Source: Azolla caroliniana
Taxonomy: Eukaryota > Plantae > Polypodiophyta
Length of the DNA: 64,000 nt
Assembly: GCA_043228905.1 (NCBI GenBank)
Contig: JBHGNT010000016.1
Span: 8,308,001 to 8,372,000 of the forward strand
Direction of reading: 5' to 3'
The notes beneath the pieces were generated by a model. That model was not told where the DNA came from. It worked only from the letters and a program-made list of their open reading frames with translations, and ran no database searches. Shown here piece after piece: positions 42,346-54,024 of this stretch. The position numbers and the translations under genes are program-made. Positions within the stretch are counted from its first letter, which is position 1; each line of letters opens with the position of its first letter.

Positions 42346-42540
42346 AAGTATCAAAGGTCGAGTTTGTCCATGTTCTTGTTGTTCTGAAAAAACTCTTCGT
42401 TTCTGAGTTGATTCGCTTTGTCGGCAACAGACAATTCTTCTAACCCTCACGCTCTGAGACCATGTAAAAGATTCTTGCGGAAGCGTTGTGCAAGACTCAG
42501 AGTACACAGTCAGTTATCCGAAGATACAACAATTTGGTAT
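42016..42540 (+). mobile_element. Probable LTR with PBS stub (TGGTAT), cut off by the LINE 3' end
   Basis: TATA-like CCTATATAAC at about 42082, internal (GA)n, ends ACAACA at 42531 followed by ATT-TGGTAT; left boundary uncertain. Confidence 0.5.
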
Positions 42541-43580
42541 ACACAGAGATGAGAGATGAGAATTAGACTTAGAATTAGAATTTTTATCATCCATAAAGAG
42601 GCCAAATTTGACCTATGGGACCAGAGTATACATGTGTTGTTGATATGTGTCTCCTTCCTAAGAAGGGGTATTCATACATTGAAGCACAAAGTCTCTATGT
42701 GTGAATAAAGCATACACATATGAGCTCAACCTTCTCGATGGTGTCTTAAGTATGGCACTTAAGTTATCACTCCCTCTTACTATGTCAACATATCTTGAAC
42801 AAATTGCACTATATGTCGAGCATGTGAAGATCAAGTGACATTCATCCTCTACCATGATGCAACTTCAATACCTAACTTGTGAGATCAAGTGCGAAGTAGT
42901 GTAAGGGCTCTATGAGCATTACTACTCATATTGGTAATGAGATAAGGTTGGATACGATCAATGGGCATTCTTGCGTTATATTGAGACCAACATTCAGGGT
43001 CGACATTTACAATGTAGTATTCTAGCTTTGTCCTCTTAGCATCTTCCCACTTCATCCTTAATTATTCCACCAACCTTTCCTCAATCATTACATACTGCAT
43101 AACATTGTCGGAAAGCTCTAAAAGATCATCCAAACCCCATCTTCTAAACCATTTCCTTATGTCAACAACCCAACCGGATGAGAGAATCTTACTTTTATGA
43201 TTCTTTTGTAGCTTACATCCAACGAGCATCCAACATTCCAAGCAAGATGTGGTAATCGATGATTTGACATATTCTTGAGTTTTGTAATGTATTTATATAC
43301 TCTTTGGAGTGCCAATAGTTCTATGGGTCGAACACTTGTTTCCAAGATCATAACCTGGTAAGAGGCAGTGCATTTAACTCCTAATTGCCTCCTTTAAAAC
43401 ATCTTTTGAATTTTCTCAATCTCATTCCATGCATTAAGAGAGATGGTGCCACCCCATACTTCTACTCCATAAAGCAATACTTGAGTTACCATGGCATTGA
43501 ACAACATTAGTTTTACTTCCCATCCACAAGTATCACTTTGGTTGCATTGGTTCTCCAAAAGGTAATACAATTTCCAACTG

Positions 43581-43945
43581 ACTTGGAGCCTAGAATCAAA
43601 GCATGCACTCCATTTATTTGTGGCGGGTACATCAATGCCAAGATATTTAAAACTTCTTACAAATTGTATATGTTCACCTCTATATGTGAGCATAAGGTAA
43701 TGATGAGGTTGGATGGTTTGCACTACCATCATTTTTGTTTTCTCCACATCCATTGCTAGTCCACTACTTGGAGCCTAGAATCAAAGCATGCACTCCATTT
43801 ATTTGTGGCGGGTACATCAATACCAAGATATTTAAAGCTTCGAACAAATGGTATATGTTCGCCTCTATATGTGAGCATAGGGTAATGATGAGGTTGGATG
43901 GTTTGCACTACTATCATTTTTGTTTTCTCCACATTCACTGCTAGT
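43581..43945. repeat. 185-bp tandem duplication inside the LINE RT
   Basis: ACTTGGAGCCTAGAATCAAAGCATGC at 43581 and 43766. Confidence 0.85.
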
Positions 43946-45623
43946 CCACTACTATGCCAAAATTCTTCTAATACCCCAAGCAGATTTTGCATACTATCAA
44001 CATCATATGAGAAGACTACCACATCATCTGCTTATAGAAGTAATAAGATAACATGTTGCATCAATTTGGGGACATTCAATCCTTCTTCTTTTGCAACCTT
44101 ATTCACCATTTCTTCTAATTTATCAATACATCAGCCAAAGAGTGTGGGTGATAGTGGACATCCTTGCTTGACCCCCATGTTACTTAAAAAGTGCTTTGAG
44201 AATCCACTATCCATTTTTAGTTGGCATTTAACTTTGTTCATATAGGCATGCAACAACAAGTCGGTACTCTAATGGCGCGTCAATCTCTACCATTCTTTTC
44301 CAAAGTTCACTTCATGGTATGGTATCAAAAGCTTTCTTAAAATAAACAAAACAATAAAGTGTTTTTCCTTGTATTCGACTCTCTTCCATGATTACTCTCA
44401 ATGTGACCAAATGATCCACAATGGAGTGTTTTGTTCTAAATCTTGCTTGCCCAAGTGCTCTTTTGCTTGTACTTTCAGCCCATGTGGTTATCTTTTGCTC
44501 CATAATAGTGTAATATAATTTAGCAATAGTTGAGCTCACCATTATTGTACGATAATTTGATATTTGATTCTTATAACACGTTCGCGTTCACAAGTGGAAG
44601 GATTGCGCATTCCACTTGTAGAATCTTCTTAAAACGAAGCAAATACACCCTCTCTACAAAAATTGGATGCACTAGTATCACATGTTCCTCAACTTGATGA
44701 GAATTTCCAAATATAAAAATACATGATAGATCTACGAGTGGAGATCATTAGAAATCATGCAAGTTTAGACATGTTGATAAGTTAATGTAGGCATAATAAA
44801 GTTCAACTATGGCTCAATATGGCACTACTGTGCGACAAGGGAAACACTAACTTAAAGACTTATATTAATTAGGTAAGTTTTACAAAAATATGAGGTGTAC
44901 TTGTATCCATACTAATAAAATGAGATATAATTTATACTTTGACCCATACGTGCATGTATGTAATTGTGGAAAATGTAGGATAGTGCACATTAGGATAAGT
45001 GATTGCTTCCAACTAACTTATTAAAGTATTCAATACTTGTATTTAAAGTTGATCTAATCTATTCCTCAGTTTGTTCATATGAGATCAAACCATATGTGTA
45101 TATAATTGTGCACAATGTAAGGCAGTGAACTTTAGGATAATGTCGTGGAAATAACAAACCTATTAGGCTTTCATACATGTATTTAAAATTGGTCTACTCT
45201 ATTGCTTAGGTGATTCACACAAGATCAAACTCCGAACGATAACGCAACTGGAACCATTATCAACACACTACACAATCTAAGCAGCAATGGAATAAAAACA
45301 TAATAGTTTTAACAATAGAAGACAAAGATCCATAATAACAACATGGACAGTCATGGCAACAATTATAGGGCCATGTTTTGTTAAGGTTAGCTTGGACCAA
45401 AATCAGCCTCCATTTAAACTAGTTCATGTTTCTCCATAAGTTTGGTAGTCAGCTATGCACGCGGTGAAACCAATGTCATAAATCTACTAATCAAGTATAT
45501 AAAAATAAAATTGAAACATATAGAAGATTATAAAGAATAGAATCCACTAGGTAAAACCAAATATTTGTATTAATAATGTGAAATCTTAACAAATCGTCAG
45601 TGTCATATTCTTCATAGAGTCTA

Positions 45624-48600
45624 TTACATAGCAATCAATTCATCAACATCATTTTCTTCATCATCTTGTGTAGAACTGTCTTCGGCTATACGTGCATTGG
45701 TTTCCCCTGTTAGCCGAGCCAACGAAATATCTTCTATAAGCTCATCATCAAGCTCTATTAGCTCCCCCGGTTCGCCGGCTAACGGAGGAATAGGCTCTCA
45801 CGAAGCAGGTTGAAACCTTTCTGTATTGGCGAGGTTCTTTGCACCGACCTCCTCATCCTGGTCTGGGCACTCCCACAAAGCCTTAATCCGCATATTAATA
45901 AATATAACTTGGTCCTCGTCCTTCTCCAATGCAACTGTATTTCTAAACAGCTTCAATGCACATGCTGACGTAGTTCCTGTGATGTAAGTAACAAGAAGAT
46001 TTAGTTGTCAAACGAAAAAAAAGTGATTGGTTATCTCAAGATCGTTACCCTAGTTCGAGGAATACCTGTGCCAGAAAAGAGATCTAATATCCAGTCTCCT
46101 TCGACAGAAAACATCTCGATCAAGCGCATCATAAGTCGTTGAGGTTTTTGGTATGGGTTGACAAGTCCCCGTTCTGTCGTGGTGACATGTCGCAATTTCC
46201 GAATCACTGCTGGATATACCAACAGATTTGAACCTCCCACTTCATTAGAATGCTCTTTGATTCTCTGTTTCTTAATTTCATCGAAGTAGCCAACTGTTAT
46301 GTATTCAATGGCATTAACGAACCGAAAAGTTGGCCCTCTATTTACATTGGTCTTGATCCTATAAAAAATAATACATCGAGTTAAGAATGGATTCAACAAC
46401 CTTAAGAAATGCAATATAGTGAAAGACACCTATAAATAATCCTTACCATGCAAGGTTCTCGATGCCATGGCAACGAGATCTCAAAGCTTGAGCTACCGAG
46501 TACCCTTGGTCCATACTATGAAAGACAACTATTCGCCACAAGGATGCGGTCGTTAGCTCAGCGAAATCCTTGACCATCTTCTCCAATTGTTTAAACCTAA
46601 ACGGTTCATCGTCGTATGATGACCCAGCCATTCGAAATCCGTAAGGAATATCCGCAATCATTAGCGTATATTCCTTCTTTGGCACCTTCTGGATCAAGTC
46701 GATGACATCACCGCAAACCACATTGTAGTAAAGATCTCTGGTAATATCTTTTTTGTGGCTAAATTTTTTAAAGGAGCCATCTTCCTCCATTTCGTACGCC
46801 TTGACTAAGCGACGATCCTTTTCTTTTCTGGCTCGTTCGAGATGTGCAAGGAAGGATGTAGGGAAATCGTGTATATCCTTAACTTCTCCTTGTTTCTTGC
46901 CTCGACACGGTTTCTAATAAAAGCAATAGGACATCAGGTATTATTATACAAGCTCTACATATGATGAAAGGGTAATGAAAAAACATGAATACTAACCCAA
47001 TCCTTGAATGCAATAAAATACTCTGATAACGCCTTATACGAAGACGTTAGAGGATAATCCTCGGTCACTTGTTCCCAAGTTATACATCCAAGTTGTTTCA
47101 TCATAACTTCTTGGATCTTCATGTACACCTTATGACTGTAAAATTAGAAATCAAGATTAGAACTTTGAATTACACTAGATAGACTACAATTTCAGTATTT
47201 GAGGGACTTACTTATTGAACTCAGTGACCATTTCTTCAAGGCTTAAATCTTTCGCCACAACCCTTGACAAAACCGACACAAGAAGTTGCTCGTCCTTAAT
47301 ACCTTGCATCGCTCTCCATAGAGACAGCTTCATGTCATTTGCCGCTTCTTCAATTGTCAAGTCAATTTTCTTGGCGGCTTGTGACTTTAACTCTAGTTGA
47401 GGGTCAACCCTACATTTCTTTTGTCGTTGACCCTTTACCTCCTTATTCTCCCACATTGAGAAGATTTGATCTTGTAGGTCCCATACTTCTCCATCTCTAA
47501 ACGCCAATTGAAACCAAGACTCATACTTTCGAAGACCATCGGACCTAACATTATCATCTACCACAATGCCGACTTCATGCAGACATTGACGTCGAAGGCC
47601 TGGATGTAACTTCACACCAAACTTTTGTTTCACATCTAAATACTCATGGTGGAAGAACCGTATACGCTCAATGGACGACATTTTCTGCCTATAGTCATTA
47701 TCATTATTATGGTCCCATGCCAACAGTTAGCCTCTTCGATTGTGAGCCCAACATAAATTTTGCACTCGGCATACTTGAAGAAGAAAGTCGTTGGATGTTC
47801 TCTCACAAGTTGCCGACGTGCCTCAGCTGAATGCGATCCACCAATGACAAAATAATTATATTGATCATGTTTTCTAATATCAAAATCTTCAATGGTTTCA
47901 CATTCTTCAGGATCTACCATAACAATAAAAGGCACCACAGTGGCATGAGGATTAATTTTCATTTTTTTCTTGAGATTTTGAACATGCATGCGGTGAGGCT
48001 CTCTAATCTCAAGTGGTCTTCGACCTGTTTTTTCATCAATAGGGGGCCGATGGATGTGTGTTATAGGTAAATTAAATACTTGCCCCTTCCTGACCAGCTT
48101 CCGTTGCATTAACTCTCTCCTTATTTTATTCTGCTCGGATGACAAAACACCCGAGGCCAGCTCAGCTCCTGGCGTCCCCTTATTATCCTCCTCTTCGTTT
48201 TCACTTGTTGAATCCGTATCCGACATTTTCGTTGTCTTCTTCTTTGCTGGTCTTGACTGGACTTTGGAAACCTTTTTTGTTGGCTTCAATGGGGAGGGCA
48301 CTTCATCTCTTAGAGTTACATGGCCTTGTATATATGCCTCAAGGTAACAATAAGGTTTTGTGAGTTATTAAGTGCTTTTTTGAACACTTCTGGCCCACAA
48401 GATTCTTTTACTAAAAGGTCTTCTGAAAGGAACACTTTACGTACCCCCTTGGAGCAGTCTATCATTACCAGTATGTTGGCCAAATCTGCATCTTCGTAGT
48501 CAAATCATAGAATACGGCCATACATAAATGGGGTTTCCTTTCCAAGTTGCCCCTCACCCTTCTTCTTTGTTGTATACAATACGACTTTTTTCTTTGAGTC

Positions 48601-49719
48601 GACATATTGCATACACCATTCCTTGTCCGTTAGATCTCGGTCAGGAAGGTCTTCACCTCCAGTAGCGGCGACAAGTTTCTTTTGGCTAACATCACTATGG
48701 GGCTGAGATTTTGTCTCTTCGTTAAAGAGAAGCTTTTTTCCTCTCTTCATGGTCTCAGGAGCTACCTTGGTCTGGGCTTCAATTGGAGAACCTTGTATGC
48801 GAAGCTTTATTTTCTTCACCGGTCGGTCCGACAGGTTTTCAAACGACCTATTTAAGAAAGTATATGCAAAAACATAAGTTAGGTAGTCACGTAGATTAAG
48901 GTTGTATATTAACATGAAGAACAGTTCCCAGGAGCAGTCCTATATTCAAAAATCTATTATAGGCAGGGCTATTCAACCTAGAAAATATATATCGTAATAA
49001 GTAAAAAGGGTTATATATTCTTTTAAATAGTAGGTATGACTTATATAGATTCCAAACCTATATTGACGAGAATTTGCTATCGTAAAGGCAATTTGTGGAT
49101 CATTTTCTACTATTTTAAGCTAAAGTAGGTCATAAAACACCTATAATAAGAGCATGTTTTTTTTAAAAGTAAGGAAAGCCAACATAAAAAGACTGATTTT
49201 GCTAGACAATTTGATAACTTTTCCATCCCAAAATTATTTGTTACCCCAAAAATACAATTTTTCTCTCTCAAAGCCTTCTTATATACAGGAACTCGATACG
49301 CCATATCGAGTTCCTGTTTAAAACCTACACTTTAAACAGGAACTCGATACGGTGTATCGAGTTCGTATTTAAAACCTAAACTTTAAACAGGAACTCGATA
49401 CGGCGTATCGAGTTCCTGTTTAAAATTCAAACTTTATACAGGAACTCGATACGCCGTATCGAGTTCCTGTTATCGAGTTCGTGTTTAAAGTGTAGGTTTT
49501 AAACAAGAACTCAATACGGCGTATCGAGTTCCTGTATAAAAAGCAAAATTAAATTATGAACTCGATACGGCGTATCGAGTTCATGTATAAATATTTGTAT
49601 TGTATACATGAACTCGATACGGCGTATCGAGTTCTTGAGAAACGAAACATATTTACAAAAATGTCCACAGTGTCAGAGACCTACCTGGAGTCCTCGCGCT
49701 CGATTCTCTTTGAAGACAT
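45624..49719 (-). pseudogene. Spliced cargo gene: ParB/Srx-like domain fused to beta-class N6-adenine/N4-cytosine DNA methyltransferase
   Basis: Exons 49685-49719, 47212-48847, 46997-47135, 46447-46913, 46066-46358, 45624-45976, all GT-AG and in phase at the junctions. YFVIGGSHSAEAR (ParB-like); VVCGDVIDL, MIADIPYG (motif IV), NPYQKPQRLMMRLIEMFS, ILDLFSGTGTT (motif I), VALEKD. Lesions: TGA 48505, frameshifts near 48360 and 47728, TGA 45798. Confidence 0.88.
49285..49636. repeat. Array of seven 25-bp palindromes GAACTCGATACG-N-CGTATCGAGTTC plus a half unit
   Basis: Cores start at 49289, 49340, 49391, 49442, 49507, 49558, 49610. Confidence 0.95.
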
Positions 49720-49754
49720 GTTTGATCGTGTGGAAGTGGAGGCGGAGATCGCGC

Positions 49755-49853
49755 TTTCGTGCTTTGTGCTTTGTGTGCTTTGTGTGCTTTGTGTGCTTTG
49801 TGTGCTCTGTACACTTTGGTGAGTGAAATATGACGAGGTCTTCCTATTTATAG
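49755..49853 (-). promoter_or_regulatory. TATA box (CTATAAATAGG, about 49843-49853) and repeat-containing 5' leader of the cargo gene
   Basis: TATA about 125 bp upstream of ATG 49719; (CACACAAAG)n repeats in between. Confidence 0.6.
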
Positions 49854-50553
49854 AGATTGAGCACATTGGTTAAAGTAATCATAGTCAGCTTAACCAAGGT
49901 TGGTAACTTTGAGGATAGTAAGTTGGTAACCATAGTCACATTAACTAGAGAAACTTATGATTGTATTAATGATTACAAAGTCAAACTACCATATTGATCA
50001 ATCTTTTATAGTCATAACAACCTACAATGACTTCAAAGGTTATGAATGAGACAATGATAGAGGTTCATGAATGTACCAATGATTGATTACTAAAACCAAC
50101 AATTTTTATGACTCTCAAATGTTGTGTATTAAAGATGTGGGCATAAATTAACCAATGATTGATAAGTCTAATATTTAAAATGGTGAGCATTAAAGAACCA
50201 ATGAGTGAGACGTTCTACATCAAAATGGGTGCCATTAATTAGCCAATGATTTTAACATTAATCCAACATATTCATGGCTTGTTAATGATTAGTTTTATAT
50301 TTTACTTGATTTAACTTTATATAGATCTAGTTTATATAATAATTGATATTTTAAGTACAATTACTTTATTAAAAATAATTTTTTGATGTATTGTATTAAT
50401 AGAATATTACATAATACAGACATTCTATTGATTTGGCTTTTGTTTAGAGAGATTTTTATGTTTAGAGAGGAGTATATGTTTAGAGAGGAGCTTATTTGTT
50501 TTTTTCTTTCCCCTAAGCCCATAACTTAGAGAGCCATATCTAGACCTTAAGCC

Positions 50554-53335
50554 ATGAGTGAAGATTCACCGTTCTCGATTGAAGAATATTGTTTGTCATC
50601 AGACCCATCGTTTTCTACTGAAGAGTATTGTTTGTCATCAGAGTCACCATATTCGATTGAAGAATATTGTCTGTCGACCGACTCACCATATTCTATCGAA
50701 GAATATTGTCTGAGCTCATCTACAGGGAATGTACATAATGACACATGTGAAGAGTTCTCTATTGAAGAATACGATATTAATAAAGATACCGAGAATGAAG
50801 GAAGTGCCCAGGAAACATTGAATAACATTGGCGATGGTCACAACAAAGAATTAGACTGTAACAATGTTACACCAACCTCTATGCAGGAAGAGAAATCTGG
50901 GAGCCCTATGCATATTAGAAGAATCCCACAAAGAATTCGTCTAGCTAGATTTAGCTTGGTGACATCAGATAAAACAGATTGGATTTGATGTCAACAAAAT
51001 ATGTTGTGCCCGTGGTTGTATGTCTATGATTGGAAAATCAAAGTTGCGAGAATTAAGGCGATACTATTTTTCGATGACCGGTGATGAGCAAGACACTTAC
51101 CTCAGGTCACATATGCAACTAGTATCTGACAAATGTACGGGGATCAAAGTATCATTCGAGTATTATATCTTCCATGCGCAACAGATATGTAGAGTTGCAT
51201 TCAAAATTGCGTTATGTGTTAGTAACATGCGGCTACATAGAGTACAACAACGTCTACTTAGCGGGGATCAGATGCTCAATTGTAAAGAGGTTCCAAGTAT
51301 GAAAGGTGCAATTGGAAGACTAGCTATTGGCTGGATGAAAACTTACTTTCAGTTAAATTGTGAAGTAATGCCCACTACAGGTAGGATGCATCTTTCTGAT
51401 AATTATACACGTCGGGAAGTTTATGATGTCTATCGATCTGATATGCTGGGCTCACGTAATAAGTCGATCACATATAGCCAATTCACAAGATTATGGAGAG
51501 CTCGGTTTTCAAATGTTATTATTCCTCGTAAAGTACATATGGGGTATTGCTCCATTTGTGCAAATCTTAAAAGTTTGGCTAAAGGTGCAAAGACATCAAT
51601 GGAAAAGGATACGAGTAAGAAGTTACTACAAGAGCATCGTGAGGCACAATCCTTAGAACGAAGGAAGGCGATGCATCATAGAGAGAAGTGTTTGAAGAGG
51701 CCCGAACAATACATGTGCTTAATGATAGATGGCATGGACCAGAAGAAGACATGCTTGCCGCATATGCGGAGGCTCCCCAAAGATGTCAATGATGAGTGCC
51801 TTGTTCAAATGCACTTGGTGGGATGCTTGGCTTATAATAGGTCTGTTCGACCTCACGTCTTCATTACTTACCCCAATGTTCACAATGACCCTAACCTAAC
51901 AGTTACAATGATTCACCGAGTTTTGATGTCTTGGGGACAACCTTTCCCCCCTGTTCTATACATTCAATTGGACAATACTGCTAGAGAGAACAAAAATTCA
52001 ATTGTATTTGGCTATCTAAGTATGTTGGTCAACCTAGAATTGTTTAGGAAAGTGAAAGTCAATTTCCTTTTGGTTGGCCACACACATGACCATATAGATC
52101 AGATGTTTAGCACATTCTCCAAACAGTTGTCTCGGCATGATGCTTTCACTTTACTTAAACTATTTGATGTCATTTGTGATGCTTATACACCACGCCCAAA
52201 AGTGTTACACTTGAAGGAGGTATATGACTTTAAGAGATATATATTAGATGGGGGTGGTGGGAATGTTAAAGTGCTTGCTCAGTTAAACAATATAAGTTTC
52301 AATCACATTTTTTTGATAAAGAAAAATGGAATAAGTGGTTCTACACTTTTGTATGCCAAACAATATTCATCTTCTACAACATGGGAACCTGAAGGTGGTT
52401 GCCAGTTATTACTTTGTATGCCGAGTACAATTGTCCATGGAGCTAAGCAAATGCCAATTGAGAAGAAAGGACAGTTGCAGAGCGACTTGGTATCAGAACA
52501 AAAACGGTCATGGCTCCAAGCCTTAGAAGAAAAAAGAAAACATATTGAGGCCGCCAAGAAATATGCCGCACAACAAGACACGTCATGGTGGGATGTATTT
52601 TATAGTGATCAGAAAGAAATTATAGACAATTGTGTATCTGTTGATAATTGGAATTTGGAAACGCCATTCACATGGTCGTTGCAACATGATCGCGTAAATA
52701 GAAGTCCGGAGCAACTAGTAAATGCGATTAATGACAGCTTGGTCCATCCACAACAAAGAGACATTTATGTGGGACCAAGGATGACCAAAGCAGCCGAAGC
52801 TAGATGGCAAGGAAATTTGCAAGAGCTCACCGCGGGGATGTTGATTGCAACGCCGGCTGATGAGAACTCACATGGCCACCAATTTTGGGTTGGTAAAATT
52901 CTAGAAGTGCTAATGCATGAAATAGAAAACACGATCAAGTCTATAAATGTTCATTGGTATAACACTAGAAGTGCAAATGCTTTTACAGGTAAGTATACAT
53001 TGGAGATGATTGAATGCCAAACAAGAAGGGGAGGTAGGAAGAGGAAGCGAAACATTCGTAACACCTCGACCCTTGATATCTCTGATGTGGATATCATCAT
53101 GTACGACTTCACACTTACAAAAGCCGGACGATTAAGGAAGTCAACAATAGATATAATAAAAGAAAAATTACCAGGTCTACAAGGTGGCTCGAGTCAAAGG
53201 CAAACGAGATCTGCTACATATAATCTAGAGTCAAACCATTTGGTTTATGACGAAGATAATGCACTGATTGGTACATCCGAGGATGATGAGGAGGAATCGT
53301 CATTGTATATTAGTTATAGTAGTGATTCTCCGTAA
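50554..53335 (+). CDS. Sola-like (DUF7869-type) DDE/DDD transposase; 771-aa ORF 51020-53335 plus an out-of-frame repetitive N-terminal part 50554-50988
   Basis: CSIC zinc motif, IDGMDQ, LYIQLDNTARENKN, FLLVGHTHDHIDQMFS; CCARGC just upstream of 51020 in the main frame; lies inside the TIRs. Confidence 0.85.
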
Positions 53336-53963
53336 CGGAGTGATCATGAATGTATATTTGGCTATTAAGTGTAACTACATTCCGCTTGTAACAAATCGAG
53401 TAATATAAAATCATGTGTTTTGAATTCTTATGATTTCTAAAAAATTGTTTCTTATAAAATAACATTGGTTGTGAAGTTTGTGATATAAATTGAGAATGTA
53501 TCTTTTTGAAATTCGTCTTTTTTTAGTTACTTCTAAATCACGAAAATAGTGGATTTTTAACCTTTTTCATAGTATGTTTGAACATGTATGATACTGGTAT
53601 CAATGTGTTTTGTAAAATCATTGAAAAACCCCTAAAATTTCCCTTATCCTTCCATTTATGCGCGATCCTTCCACTTGTGAACGCGAACGTGTTTTATATC
53701 CGGCTTTAAATATTGGTTTAATTCAATTCATAAGCCAATCATTTGGAAATCCTTGTTTTATAGCTTGCTTTATAATTGTCATTATCCAATGACGAGTATG
53801 TGGCATTGCCCATTTTAAAAGCTCAATTGAGACATACGTTGCATCTACTGCTTTCCCACTTGCCACCTTCTTTATTCCCTTAATGACATCATCAATATTG
53901 ATACATGTAGTGCATGGTGTTCCAATTTTCTCAACCGTAGGGGTCACACCTTCATGCATATAT

Positions 53964-53966
53964 TGT

Positions 53967-54024
<58 letters not shown>

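Larger units (their letters stand above)
44575..53693. mobile_element. 9.1-kb TIR DNA transposon, Sola-like, carrying a methyltransferase cargo gene
   Basis: 36-bp TIRs AACACGTTCGCGTTCACAAGTGGAAGGAT(T/C)GCGCAT at 44575-44610 and 53658-53693 (1 mismatch); 4-bp TSD TTAT at 44571-44574 and 53694-53697, confirmed by restored LINE frame. Confidence 0.93.

Noticed and set aside
49285-49636. CRISPR-like repeat-spacer appearance
   Set aside because: Linkers are short, AT-rich and similar to each other, no cas genes, eukaryotic intronic context
45624-49719. Bacterial contamination or a restriction-modification operon
   Set aside because: The gene has in-phase GT-AG introns and a TATA box, lies within TIRs inside a plant LINE, and has no nuclease partner
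44575-53693. CACTA, piggyBac or Zisupton/KDZ assignment
   Set aside because: Ends are AACAC with a 4-bp TTAT TSD, and the transposase motifs fit Sola-like proteins better
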